64,000 nt of DNA. Origin: a bacterium. Lineage in GTDB: Bacteria; Krumholzibacteriota; Krumholzibacteriia; LZORAL124-64-63. Below are positions 19,568-30,569 of this stretch, piece by piece (the first letter of the stretch is position 1; each line of letters starts with the position of its first letter). Below the pieces are notes generated by a model, which saw nothing but the letters and a program-made list of their open reading frames with translations, was not told where the DNA came from and did not search any database. A program made the translations under genes and the position numbers. The stretch is from contig JANOEP010000046.1 of the NCBI GenBank assembly GCA_031441465.1, positions 32,001 through 96,000 on the forward strand, in the 5' to 3' direction.

Positions 19568-19596
19568 AATGTCGTGCTGCAGGCCCGCCGTGTCAA
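19568..19596 (-). promoter_or_regulatory. putative sigma70 promoter upstream of lpxD
   Basis: TTGACA-17 nt-GACATT. Confidence 0.55.
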
Positions 19597-19610
19597 CTGA
19601 AAACACGTCA

Positions 19611-20147
19611 TCATTTTTCCGTGCCGCTGACCAGGGCCGTCAGGACTTCATCCGTCAGATCGACATCCGCGTCGATGTACAGCGTGGTCAGGGAAGCGGC
19701 ATCCACGATGATCCCGTACCCCTGTTCCTTGCCGATGCGCTCGGCGATGAGCTTCACCTGGTCGATGATGGGCTGGATCTTGGCCTTGTATTCGCCCTCG
19801 GCGCGGCCCTCGAGGCCCTGCCGGAACTGGTAGTAGTCCGCTTTCTGGCTCTCGAATTCCTGCATCTTCGCGCGCAGGGCGTCCTCCCCCAGCAGCATGC
19901 GCTGGCTTTCGATCTGCTCGGCGGCGCGCTGCAGGTCCTTTTCGCGGTCGCTGATGTCCTGCTCCAGGCCCTGCAGGAACTTCTGGTACTGGGCCTGCGC
20001 GTCGCGGGCCACGCCGTACTCCTGGACGATGCGCTCGGAGTCGACCACCGCCAGGGGCTTGGCCTCCTTGGCGGCGGCGCCGAGGGGCGCCAGCAGGCAG
20101 AACAGGCACAGCGCGACGGCGGTGCGGAAAATCAGGATGCGGCTCAT
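19611..20147 (-). CDS. skp: OmpH/Skp periplasmic chaperone
   Basis: Signal peptide, LAVVDSERIV, long coiled coil, DLTDEVL; between bamA and lpxD. Confidence 0.88.
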   Translation of the reverse strand: MSRILIFRTAVALCLFCLLAPLGAAAKEAKPLAVVDSERIVQEYGVARDAQAQYQKFLQGLEQDISDREKDLQRAAEQIESQRMLLGEDALRAKMQEFESQKADYYQFRQGLEGRAEGEYKAKIQPIIDQVKLIAERIGKEQGYGIIVDAASLTTLYIDADVDLTDEVLTALVSGTEK

Positions 20148-20184
20148 GGTACCTCCGGCGCCGAGGGGCGCGTTGTCCGGCGTC

Positions 20185-22488
20185 CTAGAAGAAGGTGCCG
20201 AAGTTGAAGTGCGGCTCCCAGCCGGCCCCGCCGGCGCGGTCGAACCCGTAACCGTAGTCGAAGCCGATCGTGCCCATCATGGGCACCTCCACGCGCACGC
20301 CGAAGCCGGCGCCCTTGCGGAGATTCGTGAAGTCGGCCTCGGTGAAGCTGTTCCAGGTATCGCCCTGGTCGACGAAACCTAGCAGTTGGACGGCCTTCGT
20401 CAAGGGATAGAGGATTTCGGCGTTCATGATCGTGTAGAAACGCCCGCCGATGAAGCCGGGATTGCCGCGGGGCACGACCTCCAGATCGCGGTACCCGCGC
20501 AACGGGTAGATCCGGTTACCCCCGAGGCGGAACTTCTCGTAGTCCGGCACGCCGTCCGCCGTGCCCAGGCCCACGATCAGGCCCAGCGAGGTGCGCAGGT
20601 TCAGGGCGAAGCCCCCGGGCAGTTTCTGGAAGTAGGACTGCTTGAGTTCGTGCTTGTGGTAGTCGATCTCGCCCCCGAGCAGGCCGCCGGACACCTCGGC
20701 GCTGTAGGTGGTCTTCGAGCCCTGCGTCGGGAAGAAGGGATTGTCGGTGGAATTGCGCGACAGGCTCAGGGTGATGGCGCTCTTGGTGCGGGGCCAGTCG
20801 ACCTCGTCGAGGCGCTCGTAGGGGATGTCGTCGGCGCCGATCTGGTCCTCGAGCACGTCGAGGTAGTTGACGTAGGCCGAACTGAAGTTCGACAGGCGCG
20901 TCTCGGACAGCTCGTAGCGCAGGCCGACCCGCGAATAGCGGGTGCCGGGGATGCGGCGGCCGAGGCGCAGGGCGAGACCCTTGACGCGGCTCTCGTAGAA
21001 GTCGTCGAAGTTGTACTGGTAGCGGTCGAAGAGGTCGGCGCCGACCAGCGTCGGCGTGCCGCGGAACCAGGGCTCGGTGAAGTTCAGATCGACGTAGCGC
21101 TGCCGCGAGCCGAACTGCCAGGCCACGCCCAGGTTCTGCCCCTTGCCGCGGAAGTTGGTCTCCTGGACCTGGATGAAGCCGGTCGCCGAGGTCTGCGCGC
21201 TGTAGGCCATGCCGAAGGAGAACTGGCCGGTCTGCTTCTCCTTGACCTTCATCACCAGGTCGATGTCGCCCTCGGTGTCCGCGGGCGCGAAGTCGACCTG
21301 CACGTCCTCGAAGAATCCCAGCTGGAAGATGTCCCGCTGCGAGAGGCCGACCAGGGAGTTGCTGAACACGTCGCCGGGGAAGACCTGCATCTCGCGCAGG
21401 ACCACCGCGTCGTGCGTCTTGAGGTTGTCGACGACCTGGACGTTGCGCACGTGCGCCGGGGATCCTTCCTGGAAGCGGAACGTGAGGCCGACCACCTGCT
21501 CGCGGATGTGCCGCTCCGGCTCGATCGTGATGTAGATGTAGCCGGAATCCCAGTACAGCGCGTGCAGGGCCTGCAGCGTCTCCTGGTATTCGCCTTCGCG
21601 GAAGGTCTGCCCCTTCTCCAGCGTGATCAGGCGCGCCACGGCGATGTCGTCGTAGACGACGTTCCCCTCCCAGTTCACGTCGCCGACGCTGTAGAGCGGG
21701 CCCTCGGCGACCCGCAGGGTCAGGTCGACCTTCTCGCGGTCCTCCACGAACGCCAGCTCGTCGGCTTCGACCGTCGCGTCGAGGTAGCCGTGGTCCTGAT
21801 ACCAGGCGACGATCCGCGCCTTGTCCTCCTCGAACTGCTGCTTCTTGAAGGTCGAACTCTTCAGGAACCCGCCCGTGGACTGCTTCATCTGCTTGCGCAG
21901 CTGCTCGTCGGAGAAGACCGCGTTGCCCTCGAACTCGATGCGTCGCGCCTTGATCTTGCCGCCCTCGTCGATCGTCACCACGACCGTCTCGAGGTTGCCG
22001 GCGTCCACCGTCGAGGAATCGAGGTGGGCGGACATGCTGTAGTAGCCCTTCTCCTGGTAGATGACGCGCAGCGGCTCGAGTTCGCGGGTCAGGACCGCGG
22101 GGTTGGCGAACTGGCCCACGGCCGGTGGGTAGGCCGTGCGCAGGTCCTCCTCCTTGACCTTGTCGTTGCCGCGGAAGACCACCTGCCGGATGCGGGGGAA
22201 CTCCTGGAGGTTGATCGTGAGCCGCACGCCGGCAGGGTCGTCCTGGCGGTAGACCCGCACGTCGGAGAACTTGCCGGTGGCGAAGAGGTTGCGGATGGCC
22301 GCGGCCACCAGATCGGCCGAGTATTCGCGCCCCTCCTCCAGTTCCGACCACGACGCCACCTGGCGCGCGCCGACGGTCCGGGCGCCGACCACGTCGATGG
22401 CGGTGATCGGTGAGGCTGCGGCCGCACCCGCCAGGCAGGCGGCGGCGATCGCCAGGGCGGCCGCGCGCAGGGTCCAGTGGAGATTCAT
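20185..22488 (-). CDS. bamA: outer membrane protein assembly factor BamA
   Basis: POTRA repeats, NFRGKGQ, FTEPW, LRGY motif, C-terminal FNFGTFF. Confidence 0.93.
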   Translation of the reverse strand: MNLHWTLRAAALAIAAACLAGAAAASPITAIDVVGARTVGARQVASWSELEEGREYSADLVAAAIRNLFATGKFSDVRVYRQDDPAGVRLTINLQEFPRIRQVVFRGNDKVKEEDLRTAYPPAVGQFANPAVLTRELEPLRVIYQEKGYYSMSAHLDSSTVDAGNLETVVVTIDEGGKIKARRIEFEGNAVFSDEQLRKQMKQSTGGFLKSSTFKKQQFEEDKARIVAWYQDHGYLDATVEADELAFVEDREKVDLTLRVAEGPLYSVGDVNWEGNVVYDDIAVARLITLEKGQTFREGEYQETLQALHALYWDSGYIYITIEPERHIREQVVGLTFRFQEGSPAHVRNVQVVDNLKTHDAVVLREMQVFPGDVFSNSLVGLSQRDIFQLGFFEDVQVDFAPADTEGDIDLVMKVKEKQTGQFSFGMAYSAQTSATGFIQVQETNFRGKGQNLGVAWQFGSRQRYVDLNFTEPWFRGTPTLVGADLFDRYQYNFDDFYESRVKGLALRLGRRIPGTRYSRVGLRYELSETRLSNFSSAYVNYLDVLEDQIGADDIPYERLDEVDWPRTKSAITLSLSRNSTDNPFFPTQGSKTTYSAEVSGGLLGGEIDYHKHELKQSYFQKLPGGFALNLRTSLGLIVGLGTADGVPDYEKFRLGGNRIYPLRGYRDLEVVPRGNPGFIGGRFYTIMNAEILYPLTKAVQLLGFVDQGDTWNSFTEADFTNLRKGAGFGVRVEVPMMGTIGFDYGYGFDRAGGAGWEPHFNFGTFF

Positions 22489-22535
22489 CCCGTCTTTCCG
22501 GTTCGAGGTCCGGGGCAGCCGTGGAAAACCGGGGC

Positions 22536-22564
22536 ATGGTAGCAGAGGGTGCGCTCCCCGGCAA
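22536..22564 (-). promoter_or_regulatory. putative sigma70 promoter of bamA
   Basis: TTGCCG-17 nt-TACCAT with extended TG. Confidence 0.5.
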
Positions 22565-22695
22565 CAGCGCAGCGCGCCGCCGGCGGTTCAACATGCGGCC
22601 GCCTGCGGGGTTCCACCGAATGTGGACACCGGCGCCCCCGAACGCAAGAGCGGGAAGCCGTCGGCTCCCCGCCCTGGGTCCCGTTGCGGTTCGGG

Positions 22696-25176
<2,481 letters not shown>

Positions 25177-25241
25177 GCTCTCGCGCCTCCGTTCGCCGTA
25201 CTGGCCGCCAAGCGGCGGGGGACCGTCCGGTCACCGCGCTC

Positions 25242-25278
25242 AATATACAGCAGGCCGCCCGCCGGGACCACCGGCGGG
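25242..25278 (-). promoter_or_regulatory. putative clpC promoter with inverted repeat around the -35 position
   Basis: TGGTCC-17 nt-TATATT; inverted repeat cccgccgg-gacca-ccggcggg at 25258-25278. Confidence 0.4.
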
Positions 25279-25330
25279 GGTGCTCCCGGACGTTATCGGT
25301 CGGCGCCGGAGGGGCTTGAGCCTGCGATGG

Positions 25331-26023
25331 TCAACCGAGACCGGCGGGGGCCGCCGCCAGTCGCCCGTCGCGCAGTTCGAGGATGCGGTCGGCGCGGGCG
25401 GCCAGGGTCAGGTCGTGGGTCACCACGATCAGGGAGCAGCCTTCGTCGCGGCCCAGGGACAGCAGCAGGTCGGCCAGTTCGCGGCCCTTCTGCAGGTCGA
25501 GGTTGCCGAAGGGTTCGTCGGCGAGCACGAGCCGCGGCGCGTTCATGTAGGCGCGGGCCACGGCGACGCGCTGCTGTTCGCCGCCGGACAGCTCGCCCGG
25601 GAGGTGCTCGGCGCGGTCGGCCAGGCCCATCCGCTCCAGCAGCGCCAGCGCCCGCTCTTGCGCCGCCGGGCCGGCCGCGCCGCGCAGCCGCGCCGGCATC
25701 AAGACATTTTCCAGGGCGGAGAAGTCGGGCAGCAGGAAATGGAACTGGAAGACGAACCCGACGTGGCCGCGGCGCCAGTCGGCCCAACCGTCGGGATTCA
25801 GACCGGTCAGCGGTTCCCCGTCGTAGAGGACTTCGCCGGCGGTCGGGGCGTCCAGGCCGCTGACCAGGTTCAGGAAGGTGCTCTTGCCGGCGCCGCTCGG
25901 GCCGATGATGGCGACGTTCTCCCCGGGAGCCAGCGCGAATTCGCAGCCCTGCAGGACGGTCACGATCCCCCCGGTGCGGGGGAAACTCTTGTCCAGCCGG
26001 CGGGCTTCGAGGATGGGTGCCAC
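25331..26023 (-). CDS. lolD: lipoprotein-releasing ABC transporter ATPase
   Basis: [34 protein letters not shown]; follows lolC/E. Confidence 0.87.
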   Translation of the reverse strand: MAPILEARRLDKSFPRTGGIVTVLQGCEFALAPGENVAIIGPSGAGKSTFLNLVSGLDAPTAGEVLYDGEPLTGLNPDGWADWRRGHVGFVFQFHFLLPDFSALENVLMPARLRGAAGPAAQERALALLERMGLADRAEHLPGELSGGEQQRVAVARAYMNAPRLVLADEPFGNLDLQKGRELADLLLSLGRDEGCSLIVVTHDLTLAARADRILELRDGRLAAAPAGLG

Positions 26024-26033
26024 CGTCGCCTCT

Positions 26034-27284
26034 CTAGGTGTAGCGGATGATGTCCATGGGCCGCAGGCGGGCGGCCTCGCCGCTGGGCAGCAGCGTCGCC
26101 AGCAGGGTGATCACCAGCGCGGCCGCGGCCACGCCCAGGAAATCGCCCGTCTGGGCCACGACCGGCACGTGGTCCATGAAGTAGACGTCGCCGGGAATGC
26201 GGATCCCGATCCGGTCGAGGTACACGGTGCCCAGCCAGCCCAGCAGCGTCCCGAGCGCCGTGCCCCAGAAACCCACGTAGCAGCCCTCGATCAGGAAGAT
26301 CGTCTGGATCTGGCGGCGCCGGGCGCCCATGGACAGCAGGATGCCGATCTCGCGCCGCCGCTCGCCCACCATCATGGTCAGGATGCCGACGATGTTGAAG
26401 GCCGCGACCAGGATGACCAGTCCCAGCAGCAGGAACATCATGACCTTCTCGTAACGGACCCAGTCGAACAGGTTGCGGTTCAGGGCGATCCAGTCGTTGG
26501 CGGCGTAGTCGAAGGGGCCCAGCTCCCGGCGGATCGCCTCGCCGAGTTCGGGCGCCGCCATCATGTCGCTGGCGCGCACGCCGACCGCCGTCGCGCCGCC
26601 GGGCGCGTAGCCGAAAAACTCCTGCGCGGCCGCCAGCGGCATGTAGACGAAGCGGGCGTCGAAGTCGTAGAGGCCGGTGTCCAGGAAGCCGGCGACCACG
26701 AAGCGCCGGCTCTCGGAGGTGAGGTTCTGCAGGTCGAGCTCGCCGCGGGGCGCGGTGATCACCAGGGTATCGCCGAGGCCCGCGTAGAGCGAGGCGGCCA
26801 GCTCGGCGCCCACGACCACCGCCGGCATGCCGGTGCCGCCGCGCAGGGCCCGCAGGCTGCCCTCGGGCGGCAGCAGGTGCCGCGACAGGGGGGTCACCGT
26901 CTCCTGCAGGTCGGGCTCGACGCCCCAGACCACGGCGGCGCGGTGCTGGGCCGGCACGCCCCGCCGTCCGAAGCTGGCGACCACCTCCTGGCGGACGAAG
27001 GGGGCCACGCCCTCCACGCCGGGCACGGCGCCGATGCGGTCCATGATCGCGCCCACGTCCTGCATGCCCTCGGGCCGGGTCGAGACGATCGTCACCATGG
27101 GCATGTTGTCGACGAAGGTGCGGCGCAGCTCGACGTGCAGCCCGTTCATGATCGCCAGCGTCAGGTCCAGGACCATGACGCCGATCGTGATGCCGGCGAT
27201 GGCCGTCACCGTGACCCGGTTCACGAACCGGGAACGGCGACGGCTGCGCAGGTGGCGGCGGGCGATGTAGGCGGCGAAGCGCAT
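26034..27284 (-). CDS. lipoprotein-releasing ABC transporter permease LolC/E
   Basis: AYIARRHLRSRRR, AIMNG, VAAFNIVGILTMMVGERRREIGIL, AARLRPMDIIRY. Confidence 0.87.
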   Translation of the reverse strand: MRFAAYIARRHLRSRRRSRFVNRVTVTAIAGITIGVMVLDLTLAIMNGLHVELRRTFVDNMPMVTIVSTRPEGMQDVGAIMDRIGAVPGVEGVAPFVRQEVVASFGRRGVPAQHRAAVVWGVEPDLQETVTPLSRHLLPPEGSLRALRGGTGMPAVVVGAELAASLYAGLGDTLVITAPRGELDLQNLTSESRRFVVAGFLDTGLYDFDARFVYMPLAAAQEFFGYAPGGATAVGVRASDMMAAPELGEAIRRELGPFDYAANDWIALNRNLFDWVRYEKVMMFLLLGLVILVAAFNIVGILTMMVGERRREIGILLSMGARRRQIQTIFLIEGCYVGFWGTALGTLLGWLGTVYLDRIGIRIPGDVYFMDHVPVVAQTGDFLGVAAAALVITLLATLLPSGEAARLRPMDIIRYT

Positions 27285-27291
27285 GTCCCGC

Positions 27292-28767
27292 TCATTCCTC
27301 CGGGCGCATGGCCGGAAACAGCAACACGTCGCGGATCGCGTGGCAGTCCGTGAACAGCATCACCAGACGGTCGAGGCCGACGCCCAGGCCGCCGGTCGGC
27401 GGCATGCCGATCTCCAGGGCCTCCAGGTAGTCCTCGTCCATGACCTGGGCCTCGTCGTCCCCCTTGGCCCGCAGGTCCATCTGGTCGGCGAAGCGGCGGC
27501 GCTGCTCGCGCGGGTCGTTCAGCTCGGAGAACGAGTTGCAGATCTCGAAACCGGCCGCGAAGCCCTCGAAGCGCTCGACCAGGGCCGGGTCGTCGCGGTG
27601 CCCCTTGGCCAGCGGCGACAGCTCCTTGGGGTGGTCCATCACGAACGTCGGCTGGATCAGGGTCGGCTCGACCAGCTCGCCGAACAGGGCGTCGAGGATC
27701 TTGTCGGCGCCCATCTCGGGCCGCACCGGCACGCCGAGCCGCTCGGCGTGCGCTCGGACCTCCTCGCGGCCGAGGCCGCGGAAGTCGACGCCGGTCTGTT
27801 GCTGCAGGCCGTCCAGGAAGCGCAGGCGCCGGAAGCCGCCGGAGAAGTCCAGCTCGTGGTCGCCGTACGCGACGCGGCCGTCCCGGCCGAACTTGTCGGC
27901 CAGCTGCCGCAGGAGCGCCTCGAACAGGTCCATCATGTCGTGGTAGTCCCAGTAGGCCGCGTAGCACTCCATCATCGTGAACTCGGGGTTGTGGGTGCGG
28001 TCCATCCCCTCGTTGCGGAAGTCCTTGCAGAACTCGAAGACGCGCTCGAGGCCGCCCACGATCAGGCGCTTGAGGTACAGCTCGTCGGCGATGCGCAGGT
28101 AGAGGCGCTGGTCGAGCGCGTTGTGGTGCGTCGAGAAGGGGCGCGCCGTGGCGCCGCCGTACAGCGGCTGCAGGACCGGCGTCTCGACCTCCAGGAAGTC
28201 CCGGTCGATCAGGAAGCGCCGCACGTGGTCCAGCAGCGCCGAGCGGCGGCGGAAGCGGTCGCGGGACTCCGGGTTCATGATCAGGTCGAGGTGGCGCTTG
28301 CGGCTGCGCAGCTCCAGGCTCATGTCGTGGAACTTCTCGGGCAGGGGCCGCAGGGACTTGGCCAGCAGCTCCCAGGCGGCGACGTGCACCGTCAGCTCGC
28401 CGGTGTGCGTCCGAAAGAGCTTCCCGGAAACGCCGATCAGGTCGCCGAGGTCCAGCAGCTTCTTGAAGGCCTCGTAGTCCTCTTCGCCGAGGTCGTCGCG
28501 GCGGGCGTAGATCTGGATGCGGCCCTCGCCGTCCTGCAGGGGCAGGAAGATCGTCTTGCCGGCGCTGCGCTTGGCCATGATGCGCCCGGCGATGCGGACG
28601 GTGGCGCCGGAGGCCACGAGCTCGGCCTCGGCGGCGGCCAGGGCGGCGCTGGTGTGCGTGCGGTCGTAGCGGTACGGGTAGGGATCCCCGCGCGCGGCGA
28701 GGGCCTCCAGCTTGCGCAGTCGCTCCTCGACCAGGCGGTGCAGGGGCTGCGGCTCGTTCTCGGACAC
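27292..28767 (-). CDS. lysS: lysine--tRNA ligase (class II)
   Basis: KSLRPLPEK, EVETP, YLRIADELYLKRL, FRNEG, HNPEFT, GMPPTGGLGVGLDRL; GAGGAGG RBS. Confidence 0.95.
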   Translation of the reverse strand: MSENEPQPLHRLVEERLRKLEALAARGDPYPYRYDRTHTSAALAAAEAELVASGATVRIAGRIMAKRSAGKTIFLPLQDGEGRIQIYARRDDLGEEDYEAFKKLLDLGDLIGVSGKLFRTHTGELTVHVAAWELLAKSLRPLPEKFHDMSLELRSRKRHLDLIMNPESRDRFRRRSALLDHVRRFLIDRDFLEVETPVLQPLYGGATARPFSTHHNALDQRLYLRIADELYLKRLIVGGLERVFEFCKDFRNEGMDRTHNPEFTMMECYAAYWDYHDMMDLFEALLRQLADKFGRDGRVAYGDHELDFSGGFRRLRFLDGLQQQTGVDFRGLGREEVRAHAERLGVPVRPEMGADKILDALFGELVEPTLIQPTFVMDHPKELSPLAKGHRDDPALVERFEGFAAGFEICNSFSELNDPREQRRRFADQMDLRAKGDDEAQVMDEDYLEALEIGMPPTGGLGVGLDRLVMLFTDCHAIRDVLLFPAMRPEE

Positions 28768-28784
28768 GGGGCCTCCTCGGCCGC

Positions 28785-29889
28785 TCAGCGGGCGGCGCGG
28801 CTGGTCTGACGCAGGTACGCGTCGATGAAGGGCTCGAGATCCCCGTCCAGGACACCGACGGCGTTGCCCGTCTCCTGCTCGGTGCGGTGGTCCTTGACCT
28901 TGGTGTAGGGCTGCAGCACGTAGGAGCGGATCTGGCTGCCCCAGGCGATCTCCATCTTCTCGTCCTCGATGGCCGCCCGCTTCTGCCGCTCCTCCTCCAG
29001 CTTCCGCATGTAGAGCTTCGCCCGCAGCATCGTCATGGCGCTCTCGCGGTTGCGCAGCTGGGACCGCTCGCTCTGGCACTGGACCACCAGGCCGGTCGGC
29101 AGGTGGGTCATGCGCACGGCGCTGTCGGTCTTATTGACGTGCTGGCCGCCCGCCCCGCTGGCGCGGAAGGTGTCGATCCGCAGGTCCTGCTCGTTGATCT
29201 CCACCTCGACCTCATCCTCGATGAGCGGAAACACGAACACCGAGGCGAACGAGGTGTGGCGCCGGCTCTGCGCGTCGAAGGGCGAGATGCGCACCAGGCG
29301 GTGCACGCCGGACTCGCTCTTGAGGTAGCCGTAGGCGAACTCGGACTTGATCTCCAGGATGGCGCTCTTGACGCCGGCCTCTTCGCCCGCCTGAAGGTCC
29401 AGGACCTCGAAGGAGAGCTTGTTGCGCTCGAGGTAGCGGCGGTACATGCGCAGCAGCATCTCGGCCCAGTCCTGGCTCTCGGTGCCGCCGGCGCCGGGGT
29501 GGATCTCCAGCAGGGCGCCGCGCGCATCGTCGGGCCCGCTGAGCAGGAACTGCGATTCCAGCCGATCCAGCTGCCGGACCAGTTCGGCGACGCCGTCGCG
29601 GACCTCGCCGGCCGCGCTCTCGTCGTTCTCCTGCTGGGCCAGTTCGGCCAGCACCGCGAGATCGGCGACGGCCGACTCGGCCGCCGCGACCGGCTCCAGC
29701 CAGCTCTTGAGCACGCGCAGGCGGCGGGTCACCTGCTCGGCGGCCGCCCGGTCCTGCCAGAAACCCGGCTCGGATTGCCGTGCCTGCAAGACCCCGAATT
29801 CCGACTGCAGTTGCGGGAGGTCAAAGCCCCTCCTTCAAGCGCGCGAGCCGGTCCTGCTGGGCGCGGAGTTCGTCGAACTGCTCCTTCAT
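28785..29889 (-). CDS. prfB: peptide chain release factor 2 with programmed +1 frameshift
   Basis: ATG at 29889 reads MKEQFDELRAQQDRLARLKEGL to CTT TGA C; +1 frame carries GGTES, SPF and GAGGQHVN. Confidence 0.93.
29820..29835 (-). promoter_or_regulatory. prfB programmed ribosomal frameshift site
   Basis: AAG GAG GGG CTT TGA C: internal SD-like element plus CUU-UGA-C. Confidence 0.9.
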
Positions 29890-30569
29890 GGCCCCTCCTG
29901 GGGTGGTGCTTCCGGGTGCCGCAGCGCCGGCGCGCGTGCGGCGACCAGCGCGCGCACCGCGCTGCGCAGGTCGTCGGGATCGCCCTCGTTCCGCAAGACG
30001 ACGTCGGCGTGGGCGAAGGCGTCCAGCAGGGAACGCTGGGCCTCGGCGCGGACGCGGGCCGCCGCGGCGTCGAACCGGCCCGAGGCGGCCAGGCGGCTCA
30101 CCCTGAGTTCCGGGGCGGCGTCGACCGCCACCACCAGATCCACCGGTCCGAACGGCGGAAGCAGAAAGTACACGGCGGCCTCCACGACCGCAAGACCCGG
30201 CTCCAGGGCCGCCGCCTCGAACTCCCGCAGGCGCGCGTCGAGACGCGCCGCGAGGCCGGGGTGCGTCAGGGCGTTCAGCCGCGCCAGCGCGACCGGATCG
30301 GCGAAGACGAGCGCGGCGACCGCGGCGCGGTCCACCTCGCCCCCGCGCAGCACCCCGGGACCTAGGGCGGCCGCGACGGCCGCCGGCATCCCCGGCTCGC
30401 GCAGCAGGGCCCGGCCCTCGGCGTCGGCGTCGACGACCCGCGCGCCCAGGGCGGCCAGTTCGGACACGGCCAGGGATTTCCCCGCGCCGATGGGCCCGGT
30501 CACCACCCAGCGCAGCAGGCGGCGTGCGGCCGGCGGCGGCAGTTCATCCATGGGCGGCAGCTCAACCAT
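29886..30569 (-). CDS. coaE: dephospho-CoA kinase
   Basis: VTGPIGAGKS, VVDAD, VDRAAVAALVF, LNALTHP; alternative start ATG 30551. Confidence 0.88.
   Translation of the reverse strand: MVELPPMDELPPPAARRLLRWVVTGPIGAGKSLAVSELAALGARVVDADAEGRALLREPGMPAAVAAALGPGVLRGGEVDRAAVAALVFADPVALARLNALTHPGLAARLDARLREFEAAALEPGLAVVEAAVYFLLPPFGPVDLVVAVDAAPELRVSRLAASGRFDAAAARVRAEAQRSLLDAFAHADVVLRNEGDPDDLRSAVRALVAARAPALRHPEAPPQEGP

Noticed and set aside
28785..29889. prfB as a frameshifted pseudogene
   Set aside because: The break is the canonical CTT TGA C programmed frameshift
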